From Amoebophrya sp. A120 (lineage: Eukaryota; Protista; Dinoflagellata): a DNA stretch of 64,000 nt. The first letter of the stretch is position 1; each line of letters starts with the position of its first letter. Location: positions 2,035,894-2,099,893 of the forward strand of contig CAJINV010000011.1 in NCBI GenBank assembly GCA_905178155.1. The letters run 5' to 3'. The position numbers were made by a program, and so were the translations under genes. The notes beneath the pieces were generated by a model. It made no database searches, had not been told where the DNA came from, and saw only the letters and a list, made by a program, of their open reading frames with translations. Positions 1 to 13,191 of the stretch are shown here, piece by piece.

Positions 1-3000
1 GCGTGCCGGATTCCGCCGGTGTCGGAAGGCCCGGCGGAACGTGTATCAACTGGAAAAGTGTCTGCGTCTGGAAGAATGCAACCTGTGATGCTAACTTTGG
101 ACTCTAAAAAAATCTGTATTGCATGACCAGCAGGGGGAGTCTAGTTCGTGCTACGCAAAGAGGGCATTTGTCATGCGGAGTAGGCAGGACGAACCCCCCT
201 AAAAATCTGTGATGCTAGGTCGTGCATTACAGACATCCTGGGTGGTCATGCAAACTATGCATGACAAACCCGGCAACATTCCAGACCCAGACATTTTTGC
301 AGTTCATAACGTGGAGTCCCGCGCCACGCGGAGAAAATCGTCGCTGAAGCCCCCGTATCAAATGCAAAAATGTCTGGCTCTGGAACGAAGCAACTTGTCA
401 TGCTAAATCCGAATCATGTAAACATCTGTGTTGCATGATTCCCAAAAGCTTTCCACTTTTGACCTAATCGAGAGGAGGCAGTTTCTCATGCAGGATTATA
501 GGCATGATAGAAATCTCAGAGAATCTGTCATGCTATGTCCTACATACCAGACCTCATGGCTCATGCAAAACGTGCATGACAAGTCTAGGATTCTGCCAAA
601 CCCAGACATTTTTGCATTTGATACCCCGCCTATGGTCTCCATCTGCAGCAGCTGCTGCAGATCCCGCGGGTTACTCGACCGGAAGTCGCGGCTGCGTCCG
701 CTACCCGAACTCCCGCCGCCACTGCTGGTCAAGTTCAAAATGTCACCAAGGTATCTGTATTTAAGTGTGTTGATCAAGTGAGTTTGTGTTTGATATATAA
801 TTTTAAATTTTCGATACTTCTTCTTCTGCAAGAACTCATCGACACAAGCTGCAGGAGCATGATCGTAGTTATACTTCTTCAAGATGAAAATTGCAGCTAC
901 AAACATATCATGATCCAACTGAAACATCACTCAAAAGATCAGTATACAACTCCATCAGTATGCATCCGAAAGAGTAGACGTCCGTGCGCGCGTCCCACTG
1001 GACGCCAATCATCACTTCGGGACTGCGGTACTGCCGGGTGGAGATCACCTCGCTCTTTCGGTCCACGTCCTCAAAGATAGCCCCGCCGCAGTCGATAATC
1101 TTGATGTTGGCGTACCGCGGGCGGCGGTACTCTCCGTCCTCGAAGCACCCTTGCACCAATATCAACTGCAAAAGTGCCTCCGTCTGGAAGAGTGCCAGAT
1201 GACTTGTCATGCAGGTTTTCCGTGACCGATGAGGTCTGGTATGTAGGACATAGCATGACAGATTCTACTGTGAGAATTCTATCTATCACGCCTATCCTGC
1301 ATGAGAAAGAACTGCCTCGCCTCGATTAGGTCAAAAGTGGAAAGCTTTTGGTAATCAAAATCATGCAGTACAGATTTTTACATGATTCAGATTTAGCATA
1401 ACAAGTTGCTTTGTTCCAAAGCCAGACATTTTTGCATTTGATAACCAAGACCCCCTCGCGGTTCCGACGGCTCGGGGACACGCGGCGGCCCAGGAAACTG
1501 TACCGGTACTTCCGCTTCCACCGGGTGTACTCATCGCCCCCGACTTGCTGGGCCTCGTACTCTTTCCAGCACCGTTTCGGCGGGTCTGCAGTGCGGGTTG
1601 GTGAATACTCGAACAGAATATTCTCCGGCTTCAGGTCGGTGTGCACGCATCCCAGCTGATATTTAGATCGAGAATTCTTTACAGTTCAGTGCGGCAAATT
1701 TTATTTTACCGATTTTATTATTTTTGTTTATATCCAGAATGAAGGGTCATGCAAAATTGGAAATTACGCTCCGTTGCGGCCTCTACGTTGGAGCAGACGA
1801 ACTAGTGATTAAGTATGTTGTTGGTGCAGAAATTTAATATCTTCGAGGAAAAAAGCAAAACTGTACGTAACAATAACAAAGAAACGTACGTTGTGCATGA
1901 AGGTTAAGGCATCGAACCCATCCTTCCCAATCTTCTGAATATCCCGCAAGTACATCGGGCGGTACTGGTTTCCGGTCAAGTGATCGTACCTGATTTTTCG
2001 TATATATCATTTGGGTGACTCTTTCAGTTCCATATTACTCCCCCGCACGCAATAAACTGTCCATCGGTAAAATAAATGCTCGCCATGATCTAGTACCATC
2101 TTCAGCATCAGATCATGCACTTCTACAGCATTTGATCATTGCGTCCGACTGCCAACTTCATCAGCACGTCTTGGAACACACAACCAATGCGCGTCGAAAA
2201 ACAGAAAACAATATCAGTACAAGCTGACGGAAAGTTTCTCGAAGACCATTACAAAGTGCGACTCCTGGTTGGGACCGGCGGGGTGCATGAACTGCTCCAC
2301 TAGGTGGACGATTTTGTGCTTTCCCTCGCAATATGGATTGCAAATATGTATGGGTCTGGAAGAAGGGAACTTGTGATGCGCATTTCACAACACACAGAAA
2401 TCTCTCATGCATAGGCAGCAAAAGATACCCACTTTTTGTCGCCAAAGTGGGGGATTTGTCATGCGGATTAGGCATTGCAGAACCTTCTCGAAATCTGTGA
2501 GGCTAGGGCTTCCATGCCGCACCCTCTGTGTCATGCGAAAACAGCATGACATCTTCCAGACCCAGACATATTTGCACTTGATACGCAAACGCCGTCCAGG
2601 AACCGACTGGATTCGTCCTGTAACCGCTGCAGTATGCGGAATTCGTCTTCTGCGTCGGTCCGGTACTTCTCGCCCGACCGAATCACCTTGGCCGCGTAGG
2701 ACTTTTCTTCCTTGAGCCCCCGCGCCTCTCGCTCCTCCGGGGTCCCCTCGAAGCTCACCTCGATCACGCGGCCGAACGTGCCGTCGCCCAGATGCGCCCC
2801 GATCCGCCACTTGCTGTCCGTGCCCAAAAAGTTGAGGTTTGCAAACTGGAAATGCTCGATGTCGTCATTGCTGTTGCTGTGACTCGTATCCAAGAAAAAA
2901 TCTGTGTTAGTGTAAGTCTTTTGGGAAAACAGCATCACAAGTTTGTCTGCCATGACAGGACAAACTTCTTGCTATGCGTAGATACAAAGGGAACACACAT

Positions 3001-6000
3001 AGGAAGCGAGCCAGACATGCATGTCGAGCATGACAAGTGTAACTGTTTGGCATGTTCTGCATCACAGATTTACACTTACACAGTTTTCTTCTTGCATAAC
3101 TCGCCGCCCGATCGTGGTCTTCATGCTCCTCGTCGTCGTCGTCGCGCCCGCTGCGCTATCAAATGCAAAAATGTCTGGTTCTGGAAGGAAGCAGCTTGTA
3201 ATGCTACCTTTGGATTCTACACAAAATCTGTATTGCATGAACAGCAAGAGAGTCGCAACTTTTGCTACGTGGAGAGGGCATTTCTCATGCGGTATGAGCA
3301 TCAGAAAGCCATCGCAGAATCTCTGATGCTAGAGCATGCATCACAGACCTTATGGGTCATGCAAAATCTGCATGACAAACTCCAGCATTCTTCCAGACCC
3401 AGACATTTTTGCAATTCATATGCGCCTACTGCTCCGGCTGTACCTGCTCCTGCGGTGGTGCGACCGGGACCGGCGACTATCCTCCTCGCGTTCTTCGCGA
3501 TTGTAGTTGCGGCGTCCGCGTCGTGAGTCGGCGTTGCCCCGGGCTGCAGCACCAGCGCCGCCCCTCCGCTCTGACCTCCTCCGCCGGGAATCATCGGCAT
3601 GCTCTACGCGCCGCGCTCCCAAGGATCTCGCACGGCTCGCCCGACTTCTTGGTACGCTCCGTCGCCGCCGGTCGTGCTCGACAGAGAACCGCGCAGCAGT
3701 TATCCTATGTCAAAACGTCCCCACCCCATAGTCACAAATTTGGAGTCGCAATGTAGTCCTGTTTGAGGTACTTCAGCACCATCACAGATTTAGTATATCA
3801 TGCTGATTGGCGCATTACAAAATCCAAGACACGGCTGGAAAACACTTCTCATGGGGCTCCGCATGACAAACAGTTTGAGCATGCAGATTTGCATGACAAC
3901 TCTGGGGTGCGAACGTTTTTACACAGGATAGCAGCATCACGATCTTCAGCGTCCCGCTCCCGCTCCTGTTCCCGCCACTCCAAGGAGACCGGACGCATCT
4001 CCACGTCCTCGGCTTCGCCGTGCAAGAGTCCTGCAGCTCCGTGCTGGGGTCCTGCTTCTGCATCTTCACGGCCATGTTCTACTTCCTCCCGCCCCAGAAG
4101 CTGCTCGGGCTGCTCCTGCTGCTCGTGAAGAAGATCTTCATCCTCATCCTCGTCGTCATCATCATTTCTCGGATTGATCAAAAACTCGTCCTCCTCCTCG
4201 TCGCTAATGGGGTCGTCGTCGTCGTGCTCCTGGGGGTCATCTTCCGAAATGTTCTCCCCGTCGCCGGCCTGCTCGGGCGAAAATGATAAAGCGTTCTCGC
4301 CCTGCTCCTGCTCTCCGCGAACCGCCACGGGGCTGGCGCTCAAACTCAGCGACGTGTTTCCCCGGGCACGACGATCGTTTGGTGCGATTGCTTCCTCCCC
4401 GTCGAAGATGTTCTCGATGTTCTCGTCCAGCTCCGCGTCCTCGTCCTCCATTGGCGCTGCATCATCATCATTTTTATCCTCCTGCTGTTCGTTTATTGAC
4501 AAAGACCCTCGATGATCTACTCGGGAACCACGACCGCTTGCGCTTGCGGAAAACCGTTCTAGTTGTTGTCCTTGTGCTTCTCGCCGAGGAGTGCTTCTAT
4601 CGTGGTCCTCATTAATGGTGCCTCTATTTCTCCTGTACAAGTTTCTGGTGCTCCCGTCCGCGCTGCGATTGTTGGGGCTGATCTGGAGCGAGTTGATGTT
4701 GATGTTCGCTTGAAAATTATTTTGTGCGTCTTCATCGTTATTTTTATCCTGGTCTAAGTTGTTGTGCTGCAAAAGTCCTTGTGGTCCCCTTCCGTGCGAA
4801 GAACCCCGTCGACTGCTGTTGTTCCCGCGCGGACTTTGGTTATTGGCCGCGTCGTATGCATTGCAAATATGTTTGGGTCTGGAAGAATGCAACTTGTGAT
4901 GCTGCATTTGGAAACTACAAAAATCTGTATTGCATGAACAGCATAAGAGGCCCAGTTGTTGCCACTGCGAGAGGGCATATGTCATGCGGTCTAGGCATCA
5001 GGAAGCCCTCACAAAACCTGTGATGCTAGGGCATGCATCACAGACGTCAGGAGCCATGCAAAATGTGCATGACAGACCTTGCATCCTTCCAGACCCAGAC
5101 ATTTTTGCAATGCATACGTCGCGGGACCTCGCCCGCTCGGCCTCTTCGGCGGCCGCAGCTGGCGCTGGTGGTGCTGCACGGGGACTGAGGAAGAGCTCGC
5201 CACCCGCTGCGTCGCTCGCGCGCCGGCTCTTGTTCGATGGAGTGGTGGTTTGCTTCTGCTGCTGCTGCTCTACAACTTGTCCCACGGCGCCCGGGGCTGT
5301 TTTTTCAAAGTGAAAATATTGCTTACAAAACAAAAATGGAGATGCTTTTAATTTCATAAATGAATTCAAAATCCTCGATGATGTAGTTCCTGTTTTGTTT
5401 CATCAAAAAACATTTTCAAAATACCGGCCCCTCCTGTATCGTTCTCCCGCAGCACCGGCAGTGCCGACGATGCGAGTTCTTCCGCCATTTTTCCGGTTGC
5501 AGTGTCCTTGTCTTCCACACTGCTCTTCGCGCCTCCAACCACCGCGACGACGTTCGGCGAACTCTTTCCCGATTTCAGCATTTGCAGGGCCTCCCCCACT
5601 TGCTTCGCGACCTTCGACCCGTGCAGCTGGTCGTGCACTGCTGCTGCGGCACTACTTGAGGCGGACGCGGCAGCAATATTCTGTGTAGTGCCCACAGCTG
5701 AAGAACTTCTGTGCGTCCCCGACGAGTTCCCTTGCCGAGAAAGGTTGGGCAACTGAAAAGAGCGGTTTCGCTCAGACGGCGAGGAGACCGGCGCGGCTGC
5801 ACCGATGTTGTTTTCATTCGCAGTATTTCCACGTCCTTGTTGCGGACTTTTCTTAATGTTCTCGCCGCGGCCAACTGTCGTTTTTTTGTTCGTGCTGCCG
5901 AGGTTTTGGTTTTCCTCTTCGTCTTGGCTCATGATCTCATCCGCGCCCAGGAGGTCCTCGCTGGCTTCGAAGCTTTCACTGTCAGCACCGTCAGGGTCGT

Positions 6001-7680
6001 GCTGGTCAACACCCGATTCTTGTTCTGGGGAACGATCGACGCGACTGTGTGCGTCAGTACCAGCTGGACCTTCAACCGATTTGATTTTTGGATTGGAATC
6101 TTCTTTGAAAGAACAACCAATGCGACCAATTTTCTATTTCATCTGCCAAAAAGATCTAGGAGAGCAGGTGTGTCCAGCTGTAGAACTCCGCCGCTCTATA
6201 ATTCCATAAATAAACAAAAGTTAAGTTACTTAAATTTTTACCGTCCACCCCCATTTGACCATTGTTCCCCTCTCGACGCCCTTGCACCTGCTGTTCCTGT
6301 TGTCGATCCCCCGCACCATTCTTGCCCTTCCCTTTCCGCTGCGGCTGCGCAGGAGCTCGTTGGTGGTTATTCGGACCACGGCCGTCAGTCGTGTTCCTTC
6401 TTGCATGGTTCCCAAAATAATTGCTGTTCCTCGCTCGGTTAATATCATTGTTCCCGCCCGCCCGATTCCGATTGATGTTCTGGTTATAAGTATTCGTAGT
6501 GAAGAATCCCCGATTATGTTGGTCTTCGCGACGACCATGATGATCCTGATTCCGGTCATGATGATAACTACCCGCACCTCGTCCTGGCGACCTGTCGCGC
6601 CGGCGGGGGTTATGATCATTGCGACGATTGTTGTTAATCGGGTGGTAGTCTCCTCGCCTCCGACTCGTGCGCCCGCCGCGGGGGTTGTTATCATAGCCGG
6701 CGCGAGAATAGTCGTCACGATGCTGGTGCTGCTGATCACGTCCGCCACGGCGGTGATTATCCCCGGCGCCACGACGGCGATCATGATCCTCACGGCGCCT
6801 CACCGGGATGTTGTTATTGTTCCCCGGAGGTCCACGACCTCGCTGATTCTGATTGTACCCGCCCCGAGGGCCGCCCGGGAAATTGCTGAAACGTCTGTTG
6901 TTGTTCGTGTGGTTGTTGGTGCTAAACCGCCGGTGGTTCCCTCCGAAGTTCATCCCGCCGCGGGGTCCTCCTCGGTTCGACCCGGGCCTAGCTCCCGGTC
7001 GATCCAGGTTGTTCGTGCTTGGCCGAGGTAATAAAGCGGGGTTGGTGTTGTCATTGGCGTTGGTGCCGGTGTTGCTGTCGTTGTTGTTGTTTTCCCCGCA
7101 CTGTGGATGTTGACCTCCCCCGTCTACTGGGCGGACGTTGTTATTGGTGTTGCTGTTGCTATTGGTACTATTGTTGTTATCAGCAGTCGGGTCCTTGTTT
7201 ATAATTCCGTTGTCGTTTCTATCGACATTGTTCACCGGTACAACCGGGTTCTCTTTATTCTGCGTCTGCCGGCCGTCGCGGCCCACATTGTTCTGCCGAT
7301 CGTCGCGAGTGGTGTTGTTGTTGTTCCTGTGCCGGTCGTTGTTCTGCCGAGACCGCGGGCGGTCGTTGTTGCCGCGATCCGTGTTTCGATTGTTCTGGTG
7401 GTTCTGGTTGCCTCCCTTATGGTGGTTGCCTAAATTGATTGTGGTTTGTTTTACTAAGTAAAAGAACGCTGAAATAAAATCCAATGTCTTGTGCAGGTGT
7501 AGCAAGGAGAATAGTTCCGCGCGCGCATTTTATGCATCACAAGTTCGCAGTGTTGAAACAGTTTTTTGGTACGAGACGTAAGAAGAACAAATCAATACCT
7601 CCACCACGGTGGTCACGCCGGTTAGAATGCGGCCGGTCGCGTCCTCCGCCGCGATGGTACGCGCGATCTCCGTACCCCAT
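1..7680 (-). CDS. CLK/LAMMER-family (CMGC) protein kinase with long RG/N/RS-rich N-terminus; multi-exon, 3' end outside window
   Basis: Reconstructed exons give LGDGTFGRV, YAAKVIR, HFVMVFEKLSVSLY, HTDLKPENILF, IKIIDCGGA, STRQYRSPEV, DVYSFGCIL. Putative ATG at 7680 (MGYGDRAYHRGG). Linking the low-complexity N-terminal exons to the kinase domain is inferred from frame continuity across introns. Confidence 0.85.
44..308. mobile_element. Introner/MITE-like element, family A (TIR TATCAAATGCAAAAATGTCTGGGTCTGGAA-like)
   Basis: TIRs; TSD ACGTG. Confidence 0.9.
356..623. mobile_element. Introner family A
   Basis: TIRs; TSD CCCCG. Confidence 0.9.
1160..1443. mobile_element. Introner family A (inverted relative to 356-623)
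   Basis: TSD ACCAA; removal gives EGVLV|QGCFED. Confidence 0.9.
2332..2583. mobile_element. Introner family A
   Basis: TSD CGCAA. Confidence 0.9.
2887..3098. mobile_element. Introner, singleton TIR TATCCAAGAAAAAATCTGTGTTAGTGTAA
   Basis: TSD ACTCG. Confidence 0.85.
3157..3420. mobile_element. Introner family A
   Basis: TSD TGCGC. Confidence 0.9.
3701..3930. mobile_element. Introner family B (TIR TATCCTRWGTAAAAACGT..CCCACCCC)
   Basis: TSD GCAGT/GCAGC. Confidence 0.85.
4855..5116. mobile_element. Introner family A
   Basis: TSD CGTCG. Confidence 0.9.
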
Positions 7681-9707
7681 CGTGCTGTAGTTCTTCTTGT
7701 TGCCCGCTCTTGTTTACGAAGCGATACCGACCGACGCAAAAGAATTCTTGAATTATAGTTATTTTTCTTCACGCGACCCGCTTCCAGAAGTAGAAGTTGT
7801 TGCGAAAAAATATTGAAGCGTGAAGTTCTTGATCACGCCGTGGTCGTCGAGAGAAATCTTCCAAAAATTTTCTGCCGTGGTGGAAAGGTTCGCTATCCTC
7901 GGAGGTACCGCAATGTTTGTAGTCAAGGTCAAGGTTGAGGTCGAGATCCACTCCGTTGGTACAATTCTTCTCTTGGTCGTCCCCGATGGTGCTTATTTTG
8001 GAAGCTAAGACACAACTGAAACAACTTGAACTATTATCCTTTTTACGACACTAGAGAATATCAATATTTTTGAAGAAACGTAAATCCTTGCTAGTCTCGG
8101 TCTCCTTCGATCTTCGGTTACAGGACTTTGACTCCACTACTTTTATTGTTCTAAAAATTTTATTCGCCGAATTACTAAGCCAGCACCACACACTTCGTTG
8201 TAACGAGAAAAGAACCTTCACTTTTTGTTGATTGCAGCCGCGAGACAATTTCACTACTTGGATATTTTTGTTCTTTTTTGGTCTGCGCCGCGCCGGAATC
8301 ATTTATTTTCGCACGTACAAAAAATCTCCATCATTTTTCTAGAGATTCAGCACACACCCGATTTCCGTCATTAACAGCATCAAAAAATTCGGATTTAGTG
8401 CTGTGTACGGTAATTCTAGTTCATTTTCCATCTTTACCCTTGTGCTTCCACTTGAGAAGTACACGGTCTGATTTCGTTCTTCTGCCAGATCATCTGAAGC
8501 ATAAGCATCAGCCATTAGTAGGAGAAGAATACTCATAAGTAGATCCATGTAGAAGTTGCTTCACAACGTGTGTGCTTGTTGAGACATCAGTGGGAAATAA
8601 CTATCAGTGAAAGACCACCAAGCCTCTTGTCTGCTGCTTTTCCTCTTGTTAGGATAGAGTACTTACTTTCAGAGAAACCACTTTCCACTGCTGCAATTAT
8701 CAAGAGGAGTGCGGAAGTTGTGACCACTGGCAAACACAATGTAAGACTAGCACAAGATTAGGCATATTTTTACCATGGGATAGCAGGATAGGTAAAGCCA
8801 CAGGTGCTTACAAGTAGAACCTCTCTCAAGCAATAAGAAACCAACGCACAGGTTATTTACTGAGCACTTCTGACCGGTCGCAGTTTTGAGTGAAAAGCGG
8901 TGCGGCGACACCATATCATCAAGAAGAAACATTTCGTTACCCGGATAGAAACGTGTTGAATACCCTGTAGGAACACGGATTGACTTCCTGCGACAGCCAA
9001 GTACTACTCCACCACCTAGGAGCTGCTTTCATCGTTTTCACGGATCTTTCATAGTGTGTTTCAGACTGTCTGTCGACGCGCTACTGGTTTCTAATACGAA
9101 AAAAAGCGAGAGTCAGCACAGTCGCGCAGCTTGTTCTTTCCTTGCTATGCAACGGGTTCATTTTGTGTCACCGCCCGGAAATTCATTTTACCGGTACCTA
9201 TAATGCTTGTTACCTACTATGCACAACCCGCAGTTCCAGCATCTAGATCATGTACGTCTAGCATGATATACAAAACTTCACACATCTTGAAAAAATCATA
9301 GGCCATCAGACAGCAAAAACCTATGGCATTGTGATCCAGCGCTCGCTACAAGCTAAGACAGGTAGACGATTTTATTTTCTAAATTTATGGATACACGACG
9401 AGGAGGCATGACACCGCCCTCGTAAAGAAAAATCAACCTGACACAGAAACTGTGGCATGGGCGTGATGAGCCACGTGTTCGCTTCGTTAGGAATAAAAAT
9501 TTATCGATCGGTTCATTTTTTACTGGGCCAACACTTATATATCATTTAACCGAAATCTTACACCTATTTGTTCGTTGAAAAAGTGTGAAAAAATGAGTGC
9601 AATAAGCTGCCAATCTTTTATCCTACATAGTGTCGTGCAGTTTCATTTCATATTTAAATGTCATGCTCTACCCATAGCCACCTCGGTGGACAAGCTCTAC
9701 TCATGGT

Positions 9708-12455
9708 CTAAACGAACAGTCCCTCGACGTCGGCGAGGCTGCCCTTTCGACTGCAAAAGTCCGCTACGGTCGACAGCGACTCGACCCGCTGCATAATTGG
9801 ACACGTTTTGTTCTTTTTTCCGAAACAGCTCGTCTCGCTATCCATCCCCTCGTCCAACAACTGTGGGGGCTTCTTGCGAAAGTACCCAGTACCTCCTCTT
9901 CCCGTTGATGTGCTACTGGGTTCGGTCGAGATTATCGAGGTAGACAGGCTGGCGGAGGACGTCGACGAGGACACGGATTTTTCCGAAAAGCAAGCCGGTG
10001 AGAGCGCGACTTCTTCGGATGTTATGTCGAAAATTTCCCCCGTGCTTTCGAGCTGCCGCAGCCGCTGTTGCGTCTCTTCTACCACGTCGTACCGGACGTG
10101 GGAGAGGAGCACGGAACCCGGCGAGGTCGCCATGTCGCGCGTGATTGGCAGCCAACCACCTACGTTGACGGCCGGAGAGAATTTGATGACCGCGGGCAGG
10201 GATGAGATCTAGGAGAAGTCCGTTTTATATATATTTTTTTACTATTGATTGTCCTGTGTCAAAATCATCTCAATGTCGCCGCGAAATGGGCATGACGTCA
10301 AATAAGAACTCATCAAAAGAAAAAGTTTGGAAGCTCAATATGTTCCCCGAGCGAGCCTGGTGGAAACTACTTACATCACAACCTACTGACTCCAACTCCT
10401 CTTTTCAGCTCTATATACCTGTCCATCGTGATCCAAATCTTTGGCCAAGGAGCCTTCCTTCTGTGTGTTCCGCAGGTCAAATTCCACACACCTGCGCTTC
10501 AAAACGTACCGAAAGTTCCGCTCGAGCATCTGTCGAAACAGCTTCCCCTCGTTGACGAGCACGTCTGCGAGCACCTCGTGGCAGCCCGTTCCCGTGGCCT
10601 GCTGCACGAGCCACGGCCCCGCGCCGCCCTGCAGTCGCGCGCCGACCTCGATCAGACAGGGTCCGGTCTCGGTGAGCATCACCTCCCCGTGGCTTATCCT
10701 GTGCAAAAGAATCGCACTCGTGTGTTAGTAATTGCGCCTATGCATTACAAATCTACATGCTATAGGCAAATCAGCATGACAAATTCCATTTGTGAAGATG
10801 CTGAGCTAATTTGTATTGCAATACTACGAGTACGACACTTTTGCAAAGCATATGGCTGGCGCCGAAGTGAAAGCCGAGCGCGTCCAGGCAGGCGTGCATG
10901 TAGGCGATCAGGAGATTGGCGGGGGACTCGCACTATGCATTGCAAAAGTATCGTATTCGTACAAATGCGATACAAATTTCTGCAGCATAAGTAATGCAGA
11001 TTTAGCTGTAATGCATGATTGCAACACGAGTACGATTCTTTTACACAGGATACGCACGCATCGATGACCTCGACGGACTCGTAGGTGATGGAGTTGTGTG
11101 CGGGGTCAAAGTGCTTCTTGTAGCGCAGCAGGCCCGTGACCACGTGGCGGCCCTTGAAGGACACACTGTTGACGACAAACTCCGTGCCCCGCAAAAACTC
11201 CTGGGCGAGCAGCTTCTCGTTGGTTTCGCCGTTGCAGTTTTGTTTGCTCTATCCAGCGCAAATATGTCTGGCTCTGGAAGACTGCAAGGCTTCTCATGCA
11301 GGTTTCGCATGACCCGGAAGGGATAGAGTGCGAGCCTAGCATCACAAGTTTTGAGAATCCTCCTCGGTGCCCATTCTGCACGAGAAATGTTGCTGTCTTG
11401 TAAGTGTAACCGATAAACTGGGCACCTTTGTTGGTCACACAATACAGATTTTTGTGTCGATCCAGCCCAACATGACAAACTCAAATTCTTGCAGACCCAG
11501 AGCACATATTTGCAATGCATATGTTCAGCTCTTGGTAGAACGCGTGGTCAATGTCTGCAGCGCTATGGATGTGTCAGGATTGAAATCTTCGACAAAGTTG
11601 AAATATTAACTTGTCATGCATAAAATGAATGAAAGTCGTAACCCAGTTTCCAAGTGACGCATGATAAATTTGGGTAGAGCCGAAATCCAGTTTGTCATGC
11701 TGTTTGGGTAAGGCAGAAGCCTTTTGTCATGCTACTTCAGCAGCTCAGTTTCTACCCCTTAACAGGCTTACAATCTGCCTCCCTCGCTTACTCAGCAAGA
11801 CAAGCACCTTGTGGCTTGCATTTTATGCATCACAAACTATTTCAACTTTGACGATTTCAATCCTGACACTCCCATACGTGCTGTGACACCAGTACACGCC
11901 GTCCGTGCCCCCGGAACAGGCTGGCTTCACGATGATGGGGAAGGAAATGTCGGCTGCTTCCATCCAGTACCGCACCTCTTCGGCCGTCGCGCAGTAGCTC
12001 TGCCGGATGGCGCGGAGGTTGCGGTCGCGCAGCCGGGCCTGCTGGTCGAACTTGTGTCGCCGCCAGGAGCTCGTTCCTGCGTCATTGGAAAACTTGGGGT
12101 CGCCTAAAACCGCTTGCAGTTGCTCCGCGACGACGACCCCCGGCTCGCTGCCGGCGACGACCGCGTGGATGGATGATGGTGCACAAGCTGACAGCGTGTT
12201 TGAAAGAAAATTTCGGATCTTCCGCGCGGTGTCTTCCACGGTGCTGAACTGCACCACCGCAGCGAAGTCCGCCGGCTCGAGCTGCCGCAACCAGAAGTCG
12301 GCGAGCTGCAAACTGCTCTGCACCGCGATCAGCGTCGCACCGGCCTCTTTCAGGGAGGCAACCAAACTGCGCCCGGTCGAATACGGGTCTACGACCACAA
12401 TAACGCAACCACAATAGCGCGGATCGTGGGAAGGGGCTGCAAGATTTTTTGACAT
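9708..12455 (-). CDS. ATP-grasp ligase (L-amino-acid ligase/NikS-DdaF-like), multi-exon
   Basis: Spliced motifs VVVDPYSTG, VVAGSEPGV, FPIIVKPACSGGTDGVYWC, LAQEFLRGTEFVVNSVS, GASHGEVMLTETGPCLIEVGARLQGG. Confidence 0.85.
10695..10852. mobile_element. Introner family C (TIR TATCCTGTGCAAAAGWATCGYACTCG)
   Basis: TSD TGGCT. Confidence 0.88.
10934..11052. mobile_element. Introner family C (shortest, 119 bp)
   Basis: TSD CGCAC. Confidence 0.88.
11250..11521. mobile_element. Introner family A
   Basis: TSD TGCTC/TGTTC. Confidence 0.85.
11564..11876. mobile_element. Introner family D (TIR TATGGRWGTGTCAGGATYGAAATC)
   Basis: Degenerate TSD AGCGC/CGTGC. Confidence 0.85.
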
Positions 12456-13191
12456 CTTGTTTTCTTTTTTGATGCGCAATAGCTGGCCCTGCACGTCGCG
12501 GGCGACCTCCAACCAAAGGCTGGAAGATGATTTACCAGGAAGGCTGTAGGAGATAAGTATGAGATTGATAGGAATAAAAAATCCCCACTGCAAAAAAAAA
12601 CCTGCACCCGCACTCAGTTACAGAAACGACCCTATTTACACGTATACGCGCTTTCACTCAAATACGCCGCCGGCGGAGAGAAGAAAATTTGAAAGGGGTT
12701 AGGTTCTTGCGCACCAGCACTCTGCCTCGGTTCGGCTGTACTAAGTATACGCCGGAAGAAGAAAAACTCTCAGTCTGAACAACAAAAGTAGTTGCATCAA
12801 GACTACTTGAACACTCGAGCTGCAGACCGAAAGCCCCTCAAACACCAAGTAGGCTGGCCGGCGAGGAGTAAATACATCAATATGAAATCGGCTTATTGCT
12901 CTAGTACTACTCTGTGGTTTTTACAGGCAGTGCCGTCTTCACCCAAAGTTGCAGTCCCCGTCAGCGTTCATCGTTCTCGCCTGCGCTTCAAGATGATATT
13001 GACAACTCTGTATATTGACAGCGGAAGCAAAAGTAGCATACCAGCGGATCCGGATGATACAGATTAAAATAAAAGGACCATCAAAGTAGTGGCCATCACA
13101 GATGGACGAGCCAATTATCCCTACCCTAACCTACGAATCACAACTCAACGGCGCAGGAGTTCTTAGTTCCGCTGGAAAGGCAAACGCCGCG

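Noticed and set aside
8300-8950. Coding-like fragments in the spacer between the kinase and ATP-grasp genes
   Set aside because: Multiple stops and no recognisable motif; cannot support a gene or pseudogene call.
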